64,000 bases of DNA from Clostridiales bacterium. GTDB taxonomy: Bacteria > Bacillota > Clostridia > Oscillospirales > Acutalibacteraceae. Position 1 is the first letter of the stretch, and every line of letters starts with the position of its first letter. The stretch covers positions 9,529 to 73,528 of the forward strand of contig JAAYSC010000028.1 of the NCBI GenBank assembly GCA_012524025.1, given 5' to 3'. The position numbers and the translations under genes were made by a program. The notes beneath the pieces were generated by a model that had not been told where the DNA came from, searched no databases, and was given only the letters and a program-made list of their open reading frames with translations. Below are positions 54,501 through 62,508 of the stretch, in pieces.

Positions 54501-54852
54501 TGCCGAATTTTTCACGGTAATAGCTGTTACCGTACAAAAAGTTTCTGAATAGGGCTTCGGGCGAAGGTGTGTTGACATCCCCGTTTTCATAGGCACTGCC
54601 AACCGGAACCCAGCGGCCGGCGGCAATATATTCCTTCATTTTTTCAAACTCTTCCGGGTAATATTCTTCCATAAGCTCATAGCGATATGTTCCTTCAAAG
54701 CCAAAAGTGTAGCCCGGATAGGCTTCAAAAAGCTTGAAGTTGTCACGCAGTGTGGCCGGTATGTATTCCCTGACAGTCGTTTCCAAGTCCCACAACCAGG
54801 AAGTATCCAGGTGGGACACGGCTATGGTGTAAATGGTGTTTTTCTTAAACAC
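51547..54852 (-). CDS. GH38-family alpha-mannosidase (large cytoplasmic type, 1101 aa)
   Basis: N-terminus ...IAVSHLDTSWLWDLETTVREYIPATLRDNFKLFEAYPGYTFGF...YYPEEFEKMKEYIAAGRWVPVGSAYENGD...FLPDCFGF... matches the GH38 catalytic-domain pattern. GTG start with SD AAAGGGG. Confidence 0.8.
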   Translation of the reverse strand: MFKKNTIYTIAVSHLDTSWLWDLETTVREYIPATLRDNFKLFEAYPGYTFGFEGTYRYELMEEYYPEEFEKMKEYIAAGRWVPVGSAYENGDVNTPSPEALFRNFLYGNSYYREKFGKPSNDIFLPDCFGFGWALPSIARHANLKGFSTGKLAWGSAYGAPFDVGKWHGVDGKSIYANIRPGSYARGLGKVRGHKDIEPKLYDDEKTAQIDGQEVSLPFTVAFYGTGDRGGAPGESSVKTVMKEISKNSSKAIDVKSVSSKEFFDLLDQGLTEQQKEALPTWSNELPLTDHGVGSYTSRTVGHRWNRRAELLADAAERTAVAADWLGQNDYPHENLNTAWKRVIAHQFHDDITGTSFQVCYKRNWNDYMLSQNQFAEEYRASGAGIVSQMDASFVKGIAVAVSNPLQADGDRQETVVAKVKLPKGARYIKVLDDKGKEVASQIVKREKSFTHVAFAASVPSVGIALYDIQESDKPYLDASALRVSTTGIENSKLRVMFNQNGDICEVFDKSLGKNILANDISLDVFDYKGSKSWPAWELTYKELSVPPREGASKAKLKVIEHGPARAAVEISRKTGKSTFKQIVSLDKDGETVRVYNEVDWRDTASLLKVGFPLASSNPTATYDLGLGVIERGNNSPKLYEVPAQMWADITQPDKSFGVAVFSDSRSGWDKPNDNTLRLTAVHTPLYSYRWECSQHLMDLGLNRFSFGIYSHEGDYTNGVQNAANCFNQPMATFVTRAHKGKLGKRFSFAGISDQSVIIRAIKKAHDGSDQVIVRFNEGAGQGKKSLRFSIGQGIESAREVYASEEDLGPASVEGGDLVFDIGAFEPKSFALKLQKTKTKEKPAAQTPLALEHNVRAITSQGQGAKSELPGALSLPREIIPKVIKSGGINFEISQSESANALLCRGQKINLPQNTKKLHLLAASLDADRRVCIKVGQEDVCIRPQDWQEAPAAWDLIGLGELAYVKKSVLGWNSTHAHSPKGDEIAKQLYFFKHSIDIAQGVDHIILPKVEEILILAMTASEDESNFEHGDFLFDTVNRRSFDYKISAEEYIKARPSVAEAFLRKKIDGEKALTVDSKMVTGTIQLADVFAVVRSRLSRDN

Positions 54853-54886
54853 AAGAAGGGCCCCTTTCCATGTTCTTAAAGATGCT

Positions 54887-55958
54887 TTATTTTAATCTGA
54901 ATTCAATTGTTACCGGGTTGTGGTCGCTGTAGAGAAAGCCCGTATCATGGTTTTCAACCTTGAGAACTTCAACATCGGGCGAGACGAAAAAACCGTCTAT
55001 GACAATAACAAAGGTTTTGCCTTCTTCATAAGGCATGTCATTATTGCGGGCGGTGGGCACCAATTCCCCCCCCCTCATAATTATCACAAAGTTCAATTAC
55101 GCCCGGGATTTTCTTAACGGGAAAAGATTGGGCCCAAGTGTATTCATGTTTGCTGTCACCGTTTAAGATTTGCACGGAATCACCCGGCAAATCATGATTG
55201 AAATCCCCGCCGCAAATCACATAGTCACCCTGCCTGACCCTTTCGGTGATATCATCAAAGAGCATATCAACCTGTGCCTGCCTGATTTTTTCATCACCCG
55301 AATAAGCCGACATGTGAACATTGTAAAGATATAGGTTTCTGCCCGATTCCGTATCAAGCCGGCTTACACTGTAGCAACGGTCCAAATCAAAAAACTTTGA
55401 AAAGTCGGTTGATATGGGTAAACTGCGGCGAAGACTGTCAAAAATATTGAAGCGTGACATGGTGACAAGACTCGATAATGATTTACCGTGCGGTTTTGTT
55501 AAGGGGTAAAACAAGTAGGCCGAATCATAATTTATGGCCTTGACCGCGTCCATATGGGGAAAATTTTCACGCAAGAGTTCGTATTGGTTTATGTGGTGGC
55601 TTCTGGTTGCTTTAATATCAACTTCTTGGAACAAAATTATATCGGCGTCCAAATCCTTTAGCGTTTGGGCTGCCCCCAAAACATTTGCCTTACAAGACTC
55701 GTAGCTGCGCGCCCGCGATTCTTTGCCCCCGTCCATAAAAAAAGTAAAGTCGGGCCCATAGGCGCCAAAGCCTATATTATAGGTAGCCGCAGTATAGGTT
55801 TGGCCGATTTTTAAATAATCGTCGGCCCCCTTGTCAATATCCAAAACCAACCTATCGTCAAGGCGCTCATAGGATATATAAACATAGGATACATATCCGC
55901 CGACAAGCACCGCAAAGGCCAAGAGAAGGCAAGCTAATGCGATAAGAGCTTTTTTCAT
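54887..55958 (-). pseudogene. Endonuclease/exonuclease/phosphatase (EEP) family gene split by a frameshift at a G9 homopolymer
   Basis: The 305-aa ORF (TM anchor, ...YVICGGDFNHDLPGDS...) ends 7 codons after the G9 tract (plus-strand C9 at 55066-55074). The 69-aa ORF in the +1 frame carries the missing C-terminus ...LYSDHNPVTIEFRLK. Removing one G gives one continuous ORF of about 356 aa. Confidence 0.8.
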
Positions 55959-56041
55959 AAAAACACCTCACATTTTTAATAGGGATAACAAAACAATTGT
56001 AGCACAAAAAGTGATCTCACTCCACTGATTTGAGCTGTCTT

Positions 56042-56656
56042 TTATTGCTTTTTTGACTTATTTTTTTCATAGAGCCTTGTATTGTTTATCAGAAATAATA
56101 TAAGGAAAGTAGCCCATATGGGCAGGGTTTCAATTGCACCGTTTTCTTGGAACAAGGCCAATAAAATCAGCATAAGTGCAAGCACTCCGATGAAGAAAAG
56201 CATGGTATATATGAATTTTTTATTTTCCCGCCCTTTTAGGAAGAGAAAAATAATTATAGACGCTGCACAAAAAACACCAAAGGCCAGGGCCCCGGTCCAA
56301 TGAATAAGCTTTTCTATACCGCCCTCCGCATGGGGAACGATTACCGTCATCAACAAGCAAAAAAAGCTGAAATATAAAGAAGCGGTGCCAAGCTTGCTTT
56401 TAAAATTATATTTCAAATACATATATCGAATATTCAAAAGTAAAGATACTATAACAAGCCCCACCCATAGCAAATAGAGGGCCTTATAATGCATGGCTAT
56501 AACACTGGCCGTTCTTACAAAAGGCGGATAAAAGGATGTAGGGTCATCTTCATAAGGCACTTTCAGGGCGCCAAACCAGGTAACAAATACAACTGTGACC
56601 AGTAAACTAATCACAGCCGCCTTGCTCAAAATTTTTAACTGTTTCTTTTTTTCCAT
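56042..56656 (-). CDS. Hypothetical membrane protein (204 aa)
   Basis: About 6 hydrophobic segments. No family recognised. Confidence 0.6.
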   Translation of the reverse strand: MEKKKQLKILSKAAVISLLVTVVFVTWFGALKVPYEDDPTSFYPPFVRTASVIAMHYKALYLLWVGLVIVSLLLNIRYMYLKYNFKSKLGTASLYFSFFCLLMTVIVPHAEGGIEKLIHWTGALAFGVFCAASIIIFLFLKGRENKKFIYTMLFFIGVLALMLILLALFQENGAIETLPIWATFLILFLINNTRLYEKNKSKKQ

Positions 56657-56682
56657 TTCTTCTTCCTTTTTATTTCATTAAT

Positions 56683-57996
56683 TTATTTCATCAAAGCCTT
56701 AACTTTTGTGCGCCACAGCTCAACCTTCTCATCATCAAAAATTTCGGGAATCCCCGCAGCGACTTTTTCCGCCTCTGTAGAGGCTTCAACGGCCTTTTTA
56801 AGCTTCAAGAGGCTGAAAATGCGCTTGTAACCCTTTTTCAATTTTTTCAAGGCCGCCTTTTTGCCCGAACTCAAGTTAGTGCTGTTACCCAGCTCTTGGG
56901 CCGTTAAAACTTCGTTGTCAAAAAAGAAGTTCATAACCTTGGGCGAAACATTAAGCAAATAATTTTTCAAAATATAATTACCCAACATTCCGGCACCAAC
57001 GGCCTTGAAATACCTGACCTGATAGGGCCAGAGGTTTTGTTTTGTATAAGGTTTGCCCGCTTTGTCAATTTCAATTATGGTTTGAGCCAACATTTTCCCC
57101 GCAATTATGGAATTTGTAATGCCGGACCCATTCATGGGTATGGTCATGGCCACACAGTCACCCACAGCCGCATAATTGTCGCCGACCAAAAGTGTATGAG
57201 TGGCTTTGATGGGAATATCCAAAATCTGCCCGCCACGCAAAAGCGTCTTACCGGCTGCGGGTTGGGCTTTTCTGATTTTTTCTAATACCTCTTCAACGCG
57301 GCCCATATCAAGTGCTTGCACACTTCCGACCAACATATCCGCCATGCCTTCCGATATTTTAAACCAGGCAATACCCTTTAGGTTATCAAAACGAAAGTAT
57401 GTATTAAAGCGATACATGTTAGGCGCTTCTTGGCCTTCCAGGAGATTAAAGTAACCCCTGTAAGTGTGAAATATATCGTCTGCAAGAAACTCGTCATCCA
57501 ACCCATACTCTGCCGGCAGGCCCTCTAAAACCCTTGAGCGCAAACCGGCACTGTCTATAACCAGATCTGCCAAAACTTCTTCACCGTCAACAAACAGGCC
57601 CTTAACTTTTCCCCCCTGCGTGACAGGACCCTCAACTTCTTTAGACCAATTTATCTTGGCCCCCTTACTCAAGGCGTTATCTACAAGGTAATTGTAAAGT
57701 GTCACACGCTCAATTTCCAAAGCTGCGCTTGACGGTTCAAGGTCAACAGAAACGGGCGTTTTTAAGTTTGGGGCGTAAAAGGTTGAATCGAGTCGGGGCG
57801 AAATATCCGTCTTGTCGTAATCGTCTACCCCCATATGTTCAAAAGTGTCACGCCCAATGGTATCCGACCAGTCATAGCCCATTTCATCCCTGGCATTTTT
57901 CTCGTAAACATCCACCTCATAGCCGGCTTGCGCCAAATATGCGGCTGCATTTAGTCCACCGTGGCCGGCACCTGCAATAATTATTTTTTTACTCAT
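56683..57996 (-). CDS. FAD/NAD(P)-binding oxidoreductase (geranylgeranyl-reductase-like)
   Basis: MSKKIIIAGAGHGGLNAAAYLAQAGYEVDVYEK (GxGxxG Rossmann) and ...VGDCVAMTIPMNGSGI... Confidence 0.75.
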   Translation of the reverse strand: MSKKIIIAGAGHGGLNAAAYLAQAGYEVDVYEKNARDEMGYDWSDTIGRDTFEHMGVDDYDKTDISPRLDSTFYAPNLKTPVSVDLEPSSAALEIERVTLYNYLVDNALSKGAKINWSKEVEGPVTQGGKVKGLFVDGEEVLADLVIDSAGLRSRVLEGLPAEYGLDDEFLADDIFHTYRGYFNLLEGQEAPNMYRFNTYFRFDNLKGIAWFKISEGMADMLVGSVQALDMGRVEEVLEKIRKAQPAAGKTLLRGGQILDIPIKATHTLLVGDNYAAVGDCVAMTIPMNGSGITNSIIAGKMLAQTIIEIDKAGKPYTKQNLWPYQVRYFKAVGAGMLGNYILKNYLLNVSPKVMNFFFDNEVLTAQELGNSTNLSSGKKAALKKLKKGYKRIFSLLKLKKAVEASTEAEKVAAGIPEIFDDEKVELWRTKVKALMK

Positions 57997-58002
57997 ACTG
58001 TT

Positions 58003-58293
58003 CTCCTTCTAACCCGTGCAATAGGGTACTCTTTTACCAAGGCCTTTATCAGTGGCGGCAAAATAAGCTTATTGGGTGTTGCGCGCGTAATATCGGTGTG
58101 GGCTATAACAAGGTTTTTTTGTTTTTTAAGAGTTCTTTTAAGCCGACTCCAAAATCGGGTTTTATAAGTTTTCGCTTGATAACTTGCACAGGGTTTTGTA
58201 AGGCTGCTTGCTTAAGGGGCTCAATAATATCAGCATCGTCCAGCCTGATTACAAGTCTTTTTTGCCATAGTCAAGTTTGATTTCTTTTTCCAT
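58003..58293 (-). pseudogene. Remnant of a LarA-like (DUF2088, lactate racemase N-terminal domain) gene: about 95 codons, two frameshifts, truncated
   Basis: Three minus-strand frames read in turn MEKEIKLDYGKKDL* / ...LVIRLDDADIIEPLKQAALQNPV...GLKELLKNKKTLL* / ...LVIAHTDITRATPNKLILPPLIKALVKEYP... The last segment resembles the LarA ...IVIISSDHTRPVPSHIITPILL... block. Both frame changes fall in A-runs (58258-58263; 58114-58127). Confidence 0.45.
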
Positions 58294-58308
58294 AGGCAAT
58301 CCCTCGAG

Positions 58309-59214
58309 TCAAAGATTGGAATCAAAAAACTCAATCATATCCCCTATTATTTTTTCGCTTTCAAAATCAGCGGTGAGCTCATGGCGAACATTTTCATAAA
58401 GCTTAATCGATACATCAAGCCCCATGCCCTTATACATATGGTAAAGTCTTGTCACCTTCTCACCCATGCCACCCAAGGGATCCTTGTCGCCACTCATTAC
58501 AATTATAGGCAAATCTTTTCTTATCTTCTCAAGATTTCCCGGCCTGTAAGCATCATAGAGCCCCCGCATCATGGCATAAAAAAACCCATGAGACATAACA
58601 AAATTACAATAGGGATCTTCGTTGTAAATTTTCACTTTTTCCAAATCACGGTTAAGCCAGGCATTTTTTATCTTGTCTGCCTCGAAAAACTTGTCATTTG
58701 AGCTGAAAGTCATTTTGAAGAACATATGGCTCGGTGAATGCACATTAAAAAGCACACGCTGAAAAAAGGTCAGCACCTTACCCCAAAACATTTTACTGCC
58801 ACCCATATATGACGAGGCACTTAGAATAACACCCTTCACAAGCCCTTCTTCCATCTGGATATATCTTTGGGCTAAAAAAGAACCGTAGCTGTGACCGAAG
58901 AGAAAAAGGGGTAAATCGTACTTTTCCTTGAGCATACGGCTGATGGCAAGTTCATCTTCAACATTTTCATAAAAATTGTTGTAGCCGGCCTTGCCCAAAT
59001 TTTCAAGCCCGGCAGTTTTTCCGTTCATCCTATGGTCATCGGCAAAAACTAAAAAGTTGTTTTGGTTTAGAATTTTAGCAAAATCATCAAACCGTCTTGC
59101 GTGTGAGGTCAGGCCATGAACCAATTGTACCACAGCTTTTGGCTCTTCAACCGCATCCCATAAATAGCAGACCAGCTCTTTGCCGTCATAGCTTTTGAAT
59201 TTTACTTCTTTCAC
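58309..59214 (-). CDS. Alpha/beta hydrolase (lysophospholipase / monoglyceride lipase-like)
   Basis: ...VVQLVHGLTSHARRFDDFAKIL..., nucleophile elbow FGHSYGS, and ...GDKDPL... GTG start with SD GAGGGAG. Confidence 0.8.
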   Translation of the reverse strand: MKEVKFKSYDGKELVCYLWDAVEEPKAVVQLVHGLTSHARRFDDFAKILNQNNFLVFADDHRMNGKTAGLENLGKAGYNNFYENVEDELAISRMLKEKYDLPLFLFGHSYGSFLAQRYIQMEEGLVKGVILSASSYMGGSKMFWGKVLTFFQRVLFNVHSPSHMFFKMTFSSNDKFFEADKIKNAWLNRDLEKVKIYNEDPYCNFVMSHGFFYAMMRGLYDAYRPGNLEKIRKDLPIIVMSGDKDPLGGMGEKVTRLYHMYKGMGLDVSIKLYENVRHELTADFESEKIIGDMIEFFDSNL

Positions 59215-59392
59215 CCAAAAAACTCCCTCAAGCCTTTATTTTCCGCTAACTTGAGGGTAGCAAAAACACTTACCCATATAAGCAGTAGGGCAACAAGGAA
59301 AACAAGGCTTCTCTTTTTAAATGAATTAAACGCCTCTCCGATCTCCGACTCTTATCCGACCCTTCTAAATTTTTGAGTTAATGGGAGACCTT

Positions 59393-59423
59393 AAAGAACA
59401 GGCAAGCCTCCAAGGGCTTGCCT
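59393..59423 (-). terminator. Terminator after the ThuA-like gene
   Basis: Minus strand AGGCAAGCCcttggaGGCTTGCCTgttcttt. Confidence 0.6.
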
Positions 59424-59431
59424 TAATGTTT

Positions 59432-60205
59432 TCATATACCAAAAAATTTTTTCTTTGTTTTTGGACAAATTTCCTCCAAAGGTACCCTTTCGTGAATACA
59501 CTTCGGATTGGCCTCAAAATCGGTTGTTCCCTCATCTTTTTTTGCTGCCCACAGACAGGCGTTTTCCATAATCTGCCTGATGTTTTCATCATAAAAGATG
59601 GGAAAGGTTTCGTGGCCCGGTTGGAAGTAGAAGATGCGGCCCTGCCCTCTTGTGAAGGTGCAACCGCTCCTAAAGACATTCCCGCCGGAAAACCAACCGA
59701 TGAATACCAGGGCGTCAGGCGTGGGTATGTCGAAGTGTTCCCCGTACATTTCATCGCCGTCTAATCTGAAACCTTGTTCAACACCTCGAGCTATGGGGTG
59801 ATAGGGGTCAACGGTCCAGATTCTTTCGGCCTCGCCTTCCTTTTCACGCCAGCGAAGGGAGCAATGGGTGCCCATAAGCTTTCTGAAAGCCTTGGAAAAA
59901 TGGGCAGAGTGTAAAAATATGATCCCCATACCCTCATTTACTCTTTTAATAATTTTTTCCACCAGATCGTCTCGGACTTTTTCATGTTTGCTGTGACCCC
60001 ACCAAATCAGAACATCCGTTTCATTTAGCAAGGCGTCCGGCAAACCTTGTTGGTCTTCGTCCAGGTAAGCACAAACCACTTCAAAGCCGTCATTTAAATC
60101 CAGGCCTTCTTTTATAGCCCGGCTCATCCCATCCGGATAGGCCTTGCCCTTGTGCTCACTTTCATTCCACACTGTTATTCTAACCACACCAAAACCGCCT
60201 TTCAT
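59432..60205 (-). CDS. ThuA-like (trehalose-utilisation, class-I glutamine amidotransferase-like fold) protein
   Basis: ...VRITVWNESEHKGKAYPDGM...VLIWWGHSKHEKV...IFLHSAHFSKAF... The start is uncertain. The ATG at 60205 lacks an SD. The GTG at 60187 is preceded by AAAGGCGG. The track start at 60235 lies inside a hairpin. Confidence 0.7.
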   Translation of the reverse strand: MKGGFGVVRITVWNESEHKGKAYPDGMSRAIKEGLDLNDGFEVVCAYLDEDQQGLPDALLNETDVLIWWGHSKHEKVRDDLVEKIIKRVNEGMGIIFLHSAHFSKAFRKLMGTHCSLRWREKEGEAERIWTVDPYHPIARGVEQGFRLDGDEMYGEHFDIPTPDALVFIGWFSGGNVFRSGCTFTRGQGRIFYFQPGHETFPIFYDENIRQIMENACLWAAKKDEGTTDFEANPKCIHERVPLEEICPKTKKKFFGI

Positions 60206-60215
60206 AATAAGATTG

Positions 60216-60245
60216 CCCGCATGGGAAAATCCCATGCGGGTTTTT
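60216..60245. repeat. 10-bp perfect hairpin between the paralog-B stop and the ThuA-like start
   Basis: CCCGCATGGGaaaatCCCATGCGGGttttt. The T-run is on the plus side although both flanking genes are on the minus strand. Confidence 0.6.
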
Positions 60246-60249
60246 ACAC

Positions 60250-62418
60250 TTACTTTTGGTCAAGTATTTCAAAGAGTTGGTCAAAAGCCATACCGCTGTC
60301 TTTACCTTTTTCGTCAATGACCTTATTGTATCTGGCAAGCCAGTAGGGCATGATCAGGTTGTAAGACTCATGCAGATGGCGTCTGTCACGGTTGCCTTGG
60401 GCCGCATTGAAAAAGCTGGAACCCACACTGCCGCGCTCGTCCATGGCAAGGGCATAAGGCAGGTGGTTGTCCTTATAGTATAAAATTCTTTCTTCCACTC
60501 TGGCGTCTGCACGGTCGGAGTTGTCTATGAAAAGCTCGCGAGAACTTACGGGGTAGCGGCTGATTTGCCATTTGAGCATATCAATGCAGGAGCGCCCGAA
60601 GCCGTCAAATTGCTCTTCTTCATTATGGGCCAGCTGGTAAATCAGCATCCATTCTATATCACGCGAATATTTTTCAAGCTCCCACCAGGAGTCAACGCCG
60701 GCACGGAATTTTTCCACCAAAACCGGGTCTTCTTCAAGCTGCATCAGGGTGTAAAAAGCAACGGCAGCCATGCGGACATCCGAATAGTTCATTTCTTTTG
60801 TGACCTTGTTGAAAATTTCATCTTCGCTGCAATCATCATTTAGAAGGTCCTTGGCCATAATTTCATAGCGTTTGAAATGTTCGCTTACAATGTCGGCATA
60901 ACGGTAGGGCTCATCAAAGGCTAACTTCTTATATTCATCTTCCCATTGTCGGTCACCGGTTATATGGTGTGCCACCTTGAACAATTGCAATAAGATTGCA
61001 AGGCCCAGGGGGGCGTCACCGAAACCGTAATAATCCCTGTCCAGGTAATACTCACGGCTCATACGGGCCCAGGAAGTCGGCTGGCCGCCTGCGTCAACAT
61101 GGCAATAATCGTGGCGGGCTATGTGGGCCGCATGCCTTGCCACGGCTGTTTTAATGATTTCTGCCAGTTCCGGGTCGTCCGGCCCCAAGATATCATAAGC
61201 CAGGTGCCATACCGCATAATGGCCCACCAGTTCGTCGTTTGATGTGTCGCTTTTATAAATTATTTCATCGTCGCCCCAGTTTTTACCTGTTTTGGGGTTA
61301 ACTTCGGAAGTGTATAATTTTTTCAAACGCTCCGGAATTTCCATGGAACTGTCAACCGTGAGCAAGGCCGGCATGTCATCGCCCTTAAAGGTATCCGAGG
61401 GCAGTCGGACGGAAACAAGCTTGCCTTCCGGATCATACATTTTGCGGAAGAATACTCCGTCCGCCAGGGGGACTTCATCATTTTCCGGGTCATTTACATG
61501 GTAGGAGCGGGCTATGTAGCCTTCTACATTTTTGAAAACAATTTCGGGCATACCTTCGCTTGCCCAATCTTCCGGGTTGGCGGGGCCGATTTCGCTTACT
61601 ATATAATCCGTTGGCCCTTTTTCGGGAAGGTTTATCTTGTATTCACGCCCTTGAAGCAGGTATTCATCACTTGCAATGTTTGTGCCGGGTTCGTTGTAGC
61701 GCAAGAAGGATGTTACATGCCCCTTCCAGCCGGGTATGTAGGCAAGCAGTAAAACCGCTTCGGTCCAGCGTGTGGCAACTTCTTTGGCTCTTGCAATTTC
61801 TTCCTTTGTGGCTGTGGGGTCTTCTTTTAAAACGCCATAACGGCAGATGTCACCCATGGCAACCAGTGAGGTCCAAAGCCCGTCGTTGTCCGACTCCCTG
61901 CCCTTCCAGCGTTCGTTTTTCTCATCCCAATTAGCACCGCTGAGCATGCCGCGGCGTTGAACATGTTTCATATTGACTTCAGAAAGGAAGATAGCCTTTT
62001 CTTTTGCGGACATATATTTCATAGCAATGTGCGAAACCCCGGTTTCGGTCAGTACATAAACCCCATTGTCACCGTCACCGTCTATAGCTTTGACTTGGTT
62101 GTCCAACATATAAGCAGTGGCTCTGAAGTGTTGCACGCGGTTTAGTTCTTCGGCCTCATCTTCATTTATGCGCCACATGCCATTGGCCGTACCCAGCCAA
62201 AGCACACTTTTTTCGCCTTCAAAAACACAGGTAATATCTTTAGCATTGAGGAATTCAGGTAAGCGCCCTTCTTGTGCTTGACTTAAGGCGCTTGCGGGCA
62301 AGGCTTCCAACCTTGCGGTAAGTTGGGGGTTGTCCTCCTTTTTTTGACGAATCGCCAAACGGTGCAGAGATTCATAAATCTCCGACGCGACACCTTGATA
62401 ATCCCTTTTTTTAGCCAT
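60250..62418 (-). CDS. Uncharacterised 722-aa cytoplasmic protein, paralog of the secreted protein at 38175-40793
   Basis: No signal peptide. Shared blocks: SDNDGLWTSLVAMGDICRYGVLKEDP vs DDNDGLWTAMYAAGELMRYAVLRDDP; DEIIYKSDTSNDELVGHY...DILGPDDPELAEII vs DDIIYKGDTSADEIVGHM...DILAPEDPELKELL; GGQPTSWARMSR vs SGQPTTWSDFSR. Confidence 0.8.
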   Translation of the reverse strand: MAKKRDYQGVASEIYESLHRLAIRQKKEDNPQLTARLEALPASALSQAQEGRLPEFLNAKDITCVFEGEKSVLWLGTANGMWRINEDEAEELNRVQHFRATAYMLDNQVKAIDGDGDNGVYVLTETGVSHIAMKYMSAKEKAIFLSEVNMKHVQRRGMLSGANWDEKNERWKGRESDNDGLWTSLVAMGDICRYGVLKEDPTATKEEIARAKEVATRWTEAVLLLAYIPGWKGHVTSFLRYNEPGTNIASDEYLLQGREYKINLPEKGPTDYIVSEIGPANPEDWASEGMPEIVFKNVEGYIARSYHVNDPENDEVPLADGVFFRKMYDPEGKLVSVRLPSDTFKGDDMPALLTVDSSMEIPERLKKLYTSEVNPKTGKNWGDDEIIYKSDTSNDELVGHYAVWHLAYDILGPDDPELAEIIKTAVARHAAHIARHDYCHVDAGGQPTSWARMSREYYLDRDYYGFGDAPLGLAILLQLFKVAHHITGDRQWEDEYKKLAFDEPYRYADIVSEHFKRYEIMAKDLLNDDCSEDEIFNKVTKEMNYSDVRMAAVAFYTLMQLEEDPVLVEKFRAGVDSWWELEKYSRDIEWMLIYQLAHNEEEQFDGFGRSCIDMLKWQISRYPVSSRELFIDNSDRADARVEERILYYKDNHLPYALAMDERGSVGSSFFNAAQGNRDRRHLHESYNLIMPYWLARYNKVIDEKGKDSGMAFDQLFEILDQK

Positions 62419-62508
62419 TGATAAGCCTCTCTTTCACTTTCTTTTATTTTCACCGCCCAAGCCGCGGCAAATAAACAATAATCAAACCCTTGGGTTTGTT
62501 GAAGGCCT

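Noticed and set aside
59365-59764. Overlapping 129-aa (minus) and 127-aa (plus) ORFs
   Set aside because: They are out of frame with, or antisense to, the ThuA-like gene, and they run across its terminator.
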